In this document: piece after piece, positions 1 to 13,220 of the stretch
Position numbering within the stretch: the first letter of the stretch is position 1
Layout of the letters: each line of letters opens with the position of its first letter
DNA from: the human T2T-CHM13v2.0 reference genome, Homo sapiens
DNA: 64,000 nt
Direction: 5' to 3' (one strand)
NCBI RefSeq assembly: GCF_009914755.1
Contig: NC_060925.1
The notes under the pieces: model-generated
Told to the model about the DNA's origin: nothing
The model's database searches: none
The model's input: only the letters and a program-made list of their open reading frames with translations
Made by a program: the position numbers and the translations under genes

Positions 1-174
1 TCGAATGGACTCGAATGGAATCATCTAATGGAATGGAATGGAATAATCCACGGACTCGAATGCAATCATCATCGTATAGAATCGAATGGAATCATCGAAT
101 GGACTCGAATGGAATAATCATTGAACGGAATCGAATGGAATCATCATCGGATGGAAACGAATGGAATCATCATC

Positions 175-642
175 GAATGGAAATGAAAGGAGTCATCATC
201 TAATGGAATTGCATGGAATCATCATAAAATGGAATCGAATGGAATCAACATCAAATGGAATCAAATGGAATCATTGAACGGAATTGAATGGAATCGTCAT
301 CGAATGAATTGAATGCAATCATCGAATGGTCTCGAATGGAATCATCTTCAAATGGAATGGAATGGAATCATCGCATAGAATCGAATGGAATTATCATCGA
401 ATGGAATCGAATGGAATCAACATCAAACGGAAATAAACGGAATTATCGAATGGAATCGAAGAGAATCATCGAACGGACCCGAATGGAATCATCTAATGGA
501 ATGGAATGGAATAATGCATGGACTCGAATGCAATCATCATCGAATGGAATCGAATGGAATCATCGAATGGACTCGAATGGAATAATCATTGAACGGAATC
601 GAATGGAGTCATCATCGGATGGAAACGAATGGAATCATCATC
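175..642. repeat. 468-bp internal module (representative copy), present 1-6 times per unit
   Basis: Module anchors (ATGGAATCGTCATCGAATGAATTG) recur at 468-bp steps, e.g. 288/756, 10550/11018/11486 and 34353/34821/35289/35757. Markers include GAAATGAAAGGAGTC, CATCGCATAG, AACGGAAAAAAACGG and GAAGAGAATC. Confidence 0.9.
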
Positions 643-1109
643 GAATGGAAATGAAAGGATTCATCATCTAATGGAATTGCATGGAATCATCATAAAATGG
701 AATCGAATGGAATCAACATCAAATGGAATCAAATGGAATCATTGAACGGAATTGAATGGAATCGTCAACGAATGAATTGAATGCAATCATCGAATGGTCT
801 CGAATGGAATCATCTTCAAATGGAATGGAATGGAATCATCGCATAGAATCGAATGGAATTATCATCGAATGGAATCGAATGGAATCAACATCAATCGGAA
901 AAATCGGAATTATCGTATGGAATCGAAGAGAATCATCGAATGGACCCGAATGGAATCATCTAATGGAGTGGAATGGAAAAATCCATGGACTCGAATGCAA
1001 TCATCATCGAATGGAATCGAATGGAATCATCGAATGGACTCGAATGGAATAATCATCGAACGGAATCGAATGGAGTCATCATCGGATGGAAATGAATGGA
1101 ATCATCATC

Positions 1110-1950
1110 GAATGGAATCGAATAGAATTATGGAATGAAATCCAGTGTGATCATCATCGAATGGACCCGAATGGAATCATCATCCAACGGAAGCTAATGG
1201 AATCAACATCGAATGAATCGAATGGAAACACCATCGAATTGAAACGAATGGAATTATCATGAAATTGAAATGGATGGACTCATCATCGAATGGATTCGAA
1301 TGGAATCATCGAATAAAATTGATTGAAATCATCAACAAATGGAATCGAATGGTATCATTGAAGGGAATCGAATGGAATCATCATCAGATGGAAATGAATG
1401 GAATCGTCATAGAATGGAATCGAATGGATTCATTGAATGGAATCAGATGGAATCATCGAATGGACTGGAATGGAATCATTGAGTGGACTCGAAAGGATTC
1501 ATTATTGAATGCAATTGAATGGAATCATCGAATGGTCTCGATTGGAATCATTATCAAATGGAATCGAATGGAATCACAGAATAGAATCGAATGGAACAAT
1601 CATCGAATGGACTCAAATGGAATTATCCTCAAATGGAATCGAATGGAAATATCGAATTTAATCGAATGGAATTATCGAATGCAATCGAATAGAATCATCG
1701 AATGGACTCGAATGGAATCATCGAATGGAATGGAATGGAACAGTCAATGAACACGAATGGAATCATCATTGAATGGAATCGAATGGAATCATCGAGTGGA
1801 ATCGAATGGAATTATGATCAAATGGAATCGAATGTAATCATCATCAAATGGAATCAAAAATAACCATCATCAATTGGTATTGAATGGAATTGTCATCAAA
1901 TGGAATTCAAAGGAATCATCATCAAATGGAACCGAATGGAATCCTCATTG
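1110..1950. repeat. ~840-bp single-copy-per-unit core segment (first complete copy)
   Basis: Carries once-per-unit markers GAAATCCAGTGTGATC, GGAAGCTAATGG, GGAAACACCATC, GAATAAAATTGATTG, GGAACAGTCAATG, CAAAAATAACC, CAATTGGTATTG and GGAATTCAAAGG, in the same order in every unit. Confidence 0.88.
1903..1908. other. EcoRI site (GAATTC) that recurs once per unit in the core
   Basis: TGGAATTCAAAGG is present in each core I read. This fits the classical 1.77-kb EcoRI satellite fragment of chromosome 1 heterochromatin. Confidence 0.85.
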
Positions 1951-4900
1951 AATGGAAATGAAAGGGGTCATCATCTAATGGAATCGCATGGAATCATCAT
2001 CAAATGGAATCGAATGGAATCATCATCAAATGGAATCTAATGGAATCATTGAACAGAATTGAATGGAATCGTCATCGAATGAATTGAATGCAATCATCGA
2101 ATGGTCTCGAATGGAATCATCTTCTAATGGAAAGGAATGGAATCACCGCATAGAATCGAATGGAATTAACATTGAATGGACTCGAATGGAATCCACATCA
2201 AACGGAATCAAGCGGAATTATCGAATGGAATCGAAGAGAATCATCGAATGGACTCGAATGGAATCATCTAATGGAATGGAATGGAATAATCCACGGACTC
2301 GAATGCAATCATCATCGTATAGAATCGAATGGAATCATTGAATGGACTCGAATGGAATAATCATTGAACGGAATCAAATGGAATCATCATCGGATGGAAA
2401 CGAATGGAATCATCATCGAATGGAAAAGAAAAGAGTCATCATCTAATGGAATTGCATGGAATCATCATAAAATGGAATCGAATGGAATCAACATCAAATG
2501 GAATCAAATGGAATCATTGAACGGAATTAAATGGAATCGTCATCGAATGAATTGAATGCAATCATCGAATGGTCTCGAATGGAATCATCTTCTAATGGAA
2601 AGTAATGGAATCATCGCATAGAAACGAATGGAATTAAAATTGAATGTACTCGAATGGAATCAACATCAAACGGAAAAAAACGGAAATATCGAATGGAATC
2701 GAAGAGAATCATCGAATGGACCCGAATGGAATCATCTAATGGAATGGAATGGAATAATCCATGGACACGAATGCAATCATCATCGAATGGAATCGAATGG
2801 AATCATCGAATGGACTCGAATGGAATAATCATTGAACGGAATCGAATGAAATCATCATGGGATGGAAACGAATGGAATCATCATCGAATGGAAATGAAAG
2901 GAGTCATGTAATGGAATTACATGGAATCATCATAAAATGGAATCGAATGGAATCAACATCAAATGGAATCCAATGGAATCATTGAACGGAATTGAATGAA
3001 TCGTCATCGAATCAATTGAATGCAATCATCGAATGATCTCGAATGGAATCATGTTCAAATGGAATGGAATGGAATCATCACATAGAATCGAATGTAATTA
3101 TCATCGAATGGAATCGAATGAAATCAACAACAAACGGAAAAAAAAGGAATTATCGAATGGAATCAAAGAGAATCATCGAATGGACCCGAATGGAATCATC
3201 TAATGGAATGGAATGGAATAATCCATGGACTCGAATGCAATCATCATCGAATGGAATCGAATGGAATCATCGAATGGACTCGAATGGAATAATCATTGAA
3301 AGGAATCGAATGGAATCATCATCGGATGGAAATGAATGGAATCATCATCGAATGGAATCGAATAGAATTATGGAATGAAATCCAGTGTGATCATCATCGA
3401 ATGCACCCGAATGGAATCATCATCCAACGGAATCTAATGGAAACAACATCGAATGAATCGAAAGGAAACACCATCGAATTGAAACGAGTGGAATTATCAT
3501 GAAATTGAAATGGATGGACTCATCATCGAATGGATTCGAATGGAATCATCGAATAAAATTGATTGAAATCATCATCAAATGGAATCGAATGGTATCATTG
3601 AATGGAATCGAATGGAATCATCATCAGATGGAAATGAATGGAATCGTCATAGAATGGAATCGAATGGATTCATTGAATGGAATCAGATGGAATCATCGAA
3701 TGGACTGGAATGGAATCATTGAATGGACTCGAGAGAGATCATTATTGAATGGAATTGAATGGAATCATGGAATGGTCTCGATTGGAATCATTATCAAATG
3801 GAATCGAATGGAATCACCGAATAGAATCGAATGGAACAATCATCGAATGGACTCCAATGGAATTATCCTCAAATGGAATCGAATGGAATTATCGAATGCA
3901 ATCGAATGGAATTATCGAATGCAATCGAATAGAATCATCGAATGGACTCGAATGGAATCATCGAATGGAATGGAATGGAACAGTCAATGAACTCGAATGG
4001 AATCATCATTGAATGGAATCGAATGGAATCATCGAGTGGAATCGAATGGAATTATGATCAAATGGAATCGAATGTAATCATCATCAAATGGAATCAAAGA
4101 TAACCATCATCAATTGGTATTGAATGGAATTGTCATCAAATGGAATTCAAAGGAATCATCACCAAATGGAACCGAAAGGAATCCTCATTGAATGGAAATG
4201 AAAGGGGTCATCATCTAATGGAATCGCATGGAATCATCATCAAATGGAATCGAATGGAATCATCATCAGATGGAATCTAATGGAATCATTGAACAGAATT
4301 GAATGGAATCGTCATCGAATGAATTGAATGCAATCATCGAATGGTCTCGAATGGAATCATCTTCTAATGGAAAGGAATGGAATCATCGCATAGAATCGAA
4401 TGGAATTAACATTGAATGGACTCGAATGGAATCAACATCAAACGGAATCAAGCGGAATTATCGAATGGAATCGAAGAGAATCATCGAATGGACTCGAATG
4501 GAATCATCTAATGGAATGGAATGGAATAATCCACGGACTCGAATGCAACCACCATCGTATAGAATCGAATGGAAACATCGAATGGACTCGAATGGAATAA
4601 TCATTGAACGGAATCGAATGGAATCATCATCGGATGGAAACGAATGGAATCATCATCGAATGGAAATGAAAGGAGTCATCTAATGGAATTGCATGGAAAC
4701 ATCATCAAATGGAATCGAATGGAATCAACATCAAATGGAATCTAATGGAATCATTGAACGGAATTGAATGGAATCGTCATCGAATGAATTGAATGCAATC
4801 ATCGAATGGTCTCGAATGGAATCATCTTCAAATGGAATGGAATGGAATCATCGCATAGAATCGAATGGAATTATCATCGAATGGAATCGAATGGAATCAA

Positions 4901-7900
4901 CATCAAACGGAAAAAAACGGAATTATCGAATGGAATCGAAGAGAATCATCGAATGGACCCGAATGGAATCATCTAATGGAATGGAATGGAATAATCCATG
5001 GACTCGAATGCAATCATCATCGAATGGAATCGAATGGAATCATCGAATGGACTCGAATGGAATAATCATTGAACGGAATCGAATGGAATCATCATCGGAT
5101 GGAAATGAATGGAATCATCATCGAATGGAATCGAATAGAATTATGGAATGAAATCCAGTGTGATCATCATCGAATGGACCCGAATGGAATCATCATCCAA
5201 CGGAAGCTAATGGAATCAACATCGAATGAATCGAATGGAAACACCATCGAATTGAAACGAATGGAATTATCATGAAATTGAAATGGATGGACTCATCATC
5301 GAATGGATTCGAATGGAATCATCGAATAAAATTGATTGAAATCATCATCAAATTGAATCGAATGGTATCATTGAATGGAATCGAATGGAATCATCATCAG
5401 ATGGAAAAGAATGGAATCGTCATAGAATGGAATCGAATGGATTCATTGAATGGAATCAGATGGAATCATCGAATGGACTGGAATGGAATCATTGAATGGA
5501 CTCGAAAGGGATCATGATTGAATGGAATTGAATGGAATCATCGAATGGTCTCGATTGGAATCATTACCAAATGGAATCGAATGGAATCACCGAATAGAAT
5601 CGAATGGAACAATCATCGAATGGACTCCAATGGAATTATCCTCAAATGGAATCGAATGGAATTATCGAATGCAATCGAATGGAATTATCGAATGCAATAG
5701 AATAGAATCATCGAATGGACTCGAATGGAATCATCGAATGGAATGGAATGGAACAGTCAATGAACTCGAATGGAATCATCATTGAATGGAATCGAATGGA
5801 ATCATCGAGTGGAATCGAATGGAATTATGATCAAATGGAATCGAATGTAATCATCATCAAATGGAATCAAAGATAACCATCATCAATTGGTATTGAATGG
5901 AATTGTCATCAAATGGAATTCAAAGGAATCATCATCAAATGGAACCGAATGGAATCCTCATTGAATGGAAATGAAAGGGGTCATCATCTAATGGAATCAC
6001 ATGGAATCATCATCAAATGGAATCGAATGGAATCATCATCAAATGGAATCTAATGGAATCATTGAACAGAATTGAATGGAATCGTCATCGAATGAATTGA
6101 ATACAATCATCGAATGGTCTCGAATGCAATCATCTTCTAATGGAAAGGAATGGAATCATCGCATAGAATCGAATGGAATTAACATTGAATGGACTCGAAT
6201 GGAATCAACATCAAAGGGAATCAAGCGGAATTATCGAATGTAATCGAAGAGAACCATGGAATGGACTCGAATGGAATCATCTAATGGAATGGAATGGAAT
6301 AATCCACGGACTCGAATGCAATCATCATCGTATAGAATCGAATGGAATCATTGAATGGACTCGAATGGAATAATCATTGAATGGAATCGAATGGAATCAT
6401 CATCGGATGGAAACGAATGGAATTATCATCCAATGGAAATGAAAGGAGTCATCATCTAATGGAATCGCATGGAATCATCATAAAATGGAATCGAATGGAA
6501 TCAACATCAAATGGAATCAAATGGAATCATTGAACGGAATTGAATGGAATCGTCATCGAATGAATTGAATGCAATCATCGAATGGTCTCGAATGGAATCA
6601 TCTTCAAATGGAATGGAATGGAATCATCGCATAGAATCGAATGGAATTATCATCGAATGGAATCGAAAGGTATCAACATCAAACGGAAAAAAACGGAATT
6701 ATCGAATGGAATCGAAGAGAATCATCGAACGGACTCGAATGGAATCATCTAATGGAAAGGAATGGAATAATCCATGGACTCGAATCCAATCATCATCGAA
6801 TGGAATCGAATGGAATCATTGAAAGGACTCTAATGGAATAATCATTGAAGGGAATCGAATGGAATCATCATCGAATGGAAACTAATGGAATCATCATCGA
6901 ATGGAAATGAAAGGAATCATCATCTAATGGAATTGCATGGAATCATCATAAAATGGAATCGAATGGAATCAACATCAAATGGAATGAAACGGAATCATTG
7001 AACGGAATTGAATGGAATCTTCATCGAATGAATTGAATGCAATCATCGAATGGTCTCGAATGGAATCATCTTCAAATGGAATGGAATGGAATCATCGCAT
7101 AGAATCGAATGGAATTATCATCAAATGGTATCAACATCAAACGGAAAAAAACGGAATTATCGAATGGAATCGAAGAGAATCATCGAACGGACCCGAATGG
7201 AATCATCTAATGGAATGGAATGGAATAACCATGGACTCGAATGCAATCATCATCGAATGGAATCGAGTGGAATCATCGAATGGACTCGAATGGAATAATC
7301 ATTGAACGGAATCGAATGGAATCATCATCGGATGGAAATGAATGGAATCATCATCGAATGGAATCGAATAGAATTATGGAATGAAATCCAGTGTGATCAT
7401 CATCGAATGGACCCGAATGGAATCATCATCCAACGGAAGCTAATGGAATCAACATCGAATGAATGGAATGGAACCACCATCGAATTGAAACGAATGGAAT
7501 TATCATGAAATTGAAATGGATGGACTCATCATCGAATGGATTCGAATGGAATCATCGAATAAAATTGATTGAAATCATCATCAAATGGAATCGAATGGTA
7601 TCATTGAATGGAATCGAATGGAATCATCATCAGATGGAAATGAATGGAATCGTCATAGAATGGAATCGAATGGATTCATTGAATGGAATCAGATCGAATC
7701 ATCGAATGGACTGGAATGGAATCATTGAATGGACTCGAAAGGGATCATTATTGAATGGAATTGAATGGAATCATCGAACGGTCTCGATTGGAATCATTAT
7801 CAAATGGAATCGAATGGAATCACCGAATAGAATCGAATGGAACAATCATCGAATGGACTCAAATGGAATTACCCTCAAATGGAATCGAATGGAATTATCG

Positions 7901-10730
7901 AATGCACTCGAATGGAATTATCAAATGCATTCGAATAGAATCATCGAATGGACTCGAATGGAATCATCGAATGGAATGGAATGGAACAGTGAATGAACTC
8001 GAATGGAATCATCATTGAATGGAATCGAATGGAATCATCGAGTGGAATCGAATGGAATTATGATCAAATGGAATCGAATGTAATCATCATCAAATGGAAT
8101 CAAAAATAACCATCATCAATTGGTATTGAATGGAATTGTCATCAAATGGAATTCAAAGGAATCATCATCAAATGGAACCGAATGCAATCCTCATTGAATG
8201 GAAATGAAAGGGGTCATCATCTAATGGAATCGCATGGAATCATCATCCAATGGAATCGAATGGAATCATCATCAAATGGAATCTAATGGAATCATTGAAC
8301 AGAATTGAATGGAATCGTCATCGAATGAATTGAATGCAATCATCGAATGGTCTCGAATGGAATCATCTTCTAATGGAAAGGAATGGAATCATCGCATAGA
8401 ATCGAATGGAATTAACATTGAATGGACTCGAATGGAATCAACATCAAACGGAATCAAGCGGAATTATCGAATGTAATCGAAGAGAATCATCGAATGTACA
8501 CGAATGGAATCTTCTAATGGAATGGATTGGAATAATCCACGGACTCGAATGCAATCATCATCGTATAGAATCGAATGGAATCATTGAATGGACTCAAATG
8601 GAATAATCATTGAACTTAATCGAATGGAATCATCATCGAATGGAAACGAATGGAATCATCATCGAATGGAAATGAAAGGGGTCATCATGTAATGGAATTG
8701 CATGGAATCATCATAAAATGGATTCCAATCGAATCAACATCAAATGGAATCAAATGGAATCATTGAACGGAATTGAATGGAATCGTCATCGAATGAATTG
8801 AATGCAATCATCGAATGGTCTCGAATGGAATCATCTTCAAATGGAATGGAATGGAATCATCGCATAGAATCGAATGGAATTATCATCGAATGGAATCGAA
8901 TGGAATCAACATCAAACGGAAAAAAACGGAAGTATCGAATGGAATCGAAGAGAATCATCGAATGGACCCGAATGGAATCATCTAATGGAGTGGAATGGAA
9001 TAATCCATGGACTCGAATGCAATCATCATCGAACGGAATCGAATGGAATCATCGAATGGACTCGAATGGAATAATCATTGAACAGAATCGAATGGAATCA
9101 TCATCGGATGGAAACGAATGGAATCATCATCGAATGGAAATGAAAGGAGTCATCTAATGGAATTGCATGGAATCATCATCAAATGGAATCGAATGGAATC
9201 AACATCAAATGGAATCAAATGGAATCATTGAACGGAATTGAATGGAATCGTCATCGAATGAATTGAATGCAATCATCGAATGGTCTCGAATGGAATCATC
9301 TTCAAATGGAATGGAATGGAATCATCGCATAGAATCGAATGGAATTATCATCGAATGGATTCGAATGGAATCAACATCAAACGGAAAAAAACGGAATTAT
9401 CGAATGGAATCGAAGAGAATCATCGAATGGACCCGAATGGAATCATCTAATGGAATGGAATGGAATAATCCATGGACTCGAAAGCAATCATCATCGAATG
9501 GAATCGAATCGAATCATCGAATGGACTCGAATGGAATAATCACGGAACGGAATCGAATGAAATCATCATCGGATGGAAATGTATGGAATCATCATCGAAT
9601 GGAATCGAATAGAATTATGGAATGAAATCCAGTGTGATCATCATCGAATGGACCTGAATGGAATCATCATCTAATGGAAACTAATGGAATCAACATGGAA
9701 TGAATCGAATGGAAACACCTTCGATTTGAAACGAATGGAATTATCATGAAAGTGAAATGGATGGACTCATCATCGAATGGATTCGAATGGAATCATCGAA
9801 TAAAATTGATTGAAATCATCATCAAATGGAATCGAATGGTATCATTGAATGGAATCGAATGGAATCATCATCAGATGGAAATGAATGGAATCGTCATAGA
9901 ATGGAATCGAATGGATTCATTGAATGGAATCAGATGGAATCATCGAATGGACTGGAAAGGAATCACTGAATGGACTCGAAAGGGATCATCATTGAATGGC
10001 ATTCAATGGAATCATCGAATGGTCTCGATTGGAATCATTATCAAATGGAATCGAATCGAATCACCGAATAGAATCGAATGGAACAATCATCGAATGGACT
10101 CAAATGGAATTATCCTCAAATGGAGTCGAATGGAATTATCGAATGCAATCGAATGGAATTATCGAATGCAATTGAATAGAATCATCGAATGGATTCGAAT
10201 GGAATCATCGAATGGAATGGAATGGAACAGTAAATGAACTCGAATGGAATCATCATTGAATGGAATCGAATGGAATCATCGAGTGGAATCGAATGGAATT
10301 ATGATCAAATGGAATTGAATGTAATCATCATCAAATGGAATCAAAAATAACCATCATCAATGGGTATTGAATGGAATTGTCATCAAATGGAATTCAAAGG
10401 AATCATCATCAAATGGAACCGAATGGAATCCTCATTGAATGGAAATGAAAGGGGTCATCATCTAATGGAATTGCATGGAATCATCATCAAATGGAATCGA
10501 ATGGAATCATCATCAAATGGAATCTAATGGAATCACTGAACAGAATTGAATGGAATCATCATCGAATGAATTGAATGCAATCATCGAATGGTCTCGAATG
10601 GAATCATCTTCTAATGGAAAGGAATGGAATCATCGCATAGAATCGAATGGAATTAACATTGAATTGACTCGAATGGAATCAACATCCAACGGAATCAAGC
10701 GGAATTATCGAATGGAATCGAAGAGAATCA

Positions 10731-13220
10731 TCGAATGGACTCGAATGGAATCATCTAATGGAATGGAATGGAATAATCCACGGACTCGAATGCAATCATC
10801 ATCGTATAGAATCGAATGGAATCATCGAATGGACTCGAATGGAATAATGATTGAACGGAATCGAATGGAATCATCATCGGATGGAAACGAATGGAATCAT
10901 CATCGAATGGAAATGAAAGGAGTCATCATCTAATGGAATTGCATTGAATCATCATAAAATGGAATCGAATGGAATCAACATCAAATGGAATCAAATGGAA
11001 TCATTGAACGGAATTGAATGGAATCGTCATCGAATGAATTGAATGCAATCATCGAATGGTCTCGAATGGAATCATCTTCAAATGGAATGGAATGGAATCA
11101 TCGCATAGAATCGAATGGAATTATCATCGAATGGAATCGAATGGAATCAACATCAAACGGAAAAAAAAGGAATTATCGAATGGAATCGAAGAGAATCATC
11201 GAACGGACCCGAATGGAATCATCTAATGGAATGGAATGGAATAATCCATGGACTCGAATGCAATCATCATCGAATGGAATCGAATGGAATCATCGAATGG
11301 ACTCGAATGGAATAATCATTGAACGGAATTGAATGGAGTCATCATCGGATGGAAACGAATGGAATCATCATCGAATGGAAATGAAAGGATTCATCATCTA
11401 ATGGAATTGCATGGAATCATCATAAAATGGAATCGAATGGAATCAACATCAAATGGAATCAAATGGAATCATTGAACGGAATTGAATGGAATCGTCAACG
11501 AATGAATTGAATGCAATCATCGAATGGTCTCGAATGGAATCATCTTCAAATGGAATGGAATGGAATCATCGCATAGAATCGAATGGAATTATCATCGAAT
11601 GGAATCGAATGGAATCAACATCAAACGGAAAAATCGGAATTATCGTATGGAATCGAAGAGAATCATCGAATGGACCCGAATGGAATCATCTAATGGAGTG
11701 GAATGGAATAATCCATGGACTCGAATGCAATCATCATCGAATGGAATCGAATGGAATCATCGAATGGACTCGAATGGAATAATCATCGAACGGAATCGAA
11801 TGGAGTCATCATCGGATGGAAATGAATGGAATCATCATCGAATGGAATCGAATAGAATTATGGAATGAAATCCAGTGTGATCATCATCGAATGGACCCGA
11901 ATGGAATCATCATCCAACGGAAGCTAATGGAATCAACATCGAATGAATCGAATGGAAACACCATCGAATTGAAACGAATGGAATTATCATGAAATTGAAA
12001 TGGATGGACTCATCATCGAATGGATTCGAATGGAATCATCGAATAAAATTGATTGAAATCATCAACAAATGGAATCGAATGGTATCATTGAATGGAATCG
12101 AATGGAATCATCATCAGATGGAAATGAATGGAATCGTCATAGAATGGAATCGAATGGATTCATTGAATGGAATCAGATGGAATCATCGAATGGACTGGAA
12201 TGGAATCATTGAATAGAATCGAAAGGATTCATTATTGAATGGAATTGAATGGAATCATCGAATGGTCTCGATTGGAATCATTATCAAATGGAATCGAATG
12301 GAATCACAGAATAGAATCGAATGGAACAATCATCGAATGGACTCAAATGGAATTATCCTCAAATGGAATTGAATGGAAATATCGAATGCAATCGAATGGA
12401 ATTATCGAATGCAATCGAATAGAATCATCGAATGGACTCGAATGGAATCATCGAATGGAATGGAATGGAACAGTCAATGAACTCGAATGGAATCATCATT
12501 GAATGGAATCGAATGGAATCATCGAGTGGAATCGAATGGAATTATGATCAAATGGAATCGAATGTAATCATCATCAAATGGAATCAAAAATAACCATCAT
12601 CAATTGGTATTGAATGGAATTGTCATCAAATGGAATTCAAAGGAATCATCATCAAATGGAACCGAATGGAATCCTCATTGAATGGAAATGAAAGGGGTCA
12701 TCATCTAATGGAAACGCATGGAATCATCATCAAATGGAATCGAATGGAATCATCATCAAATGGAATCTAATGGAATCATTGAACAGAATTGAATGGAATC
12801 GTCATCGAATGAATTGAATGCAATCATCGAATGGTCTCGAATGGAATCATCTTCTAATGGAAAGGAATGGAATCCCCGTATAGAATCGAATGGAATTAAC
12901 ATTGAATGGACTCGAATGGAATCCACATCAAACGGAATCAAGCGGAATTATCGAATGGAATCGAAGAGAATCATCGAATGGACTCGAATGGAATCATCTA
13001 ATGGAATGGAATGGAATAATCCACGGACTCGAATGCAATCATCATCGTATAGAATCGAATGGAATCATTGAATGGACTCGAATGGAATAATCATTGAACG
13101 GAATCAAATGGAATCATCATCGGATGGAAACGAATGGAATCATCATCGAATGGAAAAGAAAAGAGTCATCATCTAATGGAATTGCATGAAATCATCATAA
13201 AATGGAATCGAATGGAATCA
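10731..13220. repeat. Close copy of positions 1-~2490 (offset 10,730 bp)
   Basis: Anchors 288/11018, 756/11486, 1259/11989 and 2063/12793 all differ by 10,730. Shared rare variants include GTCAACG, AAAGGATTC, ATCAACAAAT, TCACAGA, ATCCACATC and GAAAAGAAAAGAG. Confidence 0.85.

Noticed and set aside
1286-1305. Heat-shock element from abundant GAA motifs (TTCGAA in GGATTCGAATG)
   Set aside because: The GAA motifs are almost all direct repeats, and the required alternating nGAAnnTTCn spacing is absent.
1312-1317. AATAAA once per core as a polyadenylation signal
   Set aside because: It is expected by chance in A-rich sequence, has no clear downstream GU/U-rich element, and no transcript evidence is available here.
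12756-12941. Single minus-strand ORF (61 aa)
   Set aside because: It is a chance stop-free stretch of CATTC repeat. The minus strand is otherwise full of TGA stops from CATCA motifs, which explains the strand bias of the ORF track.
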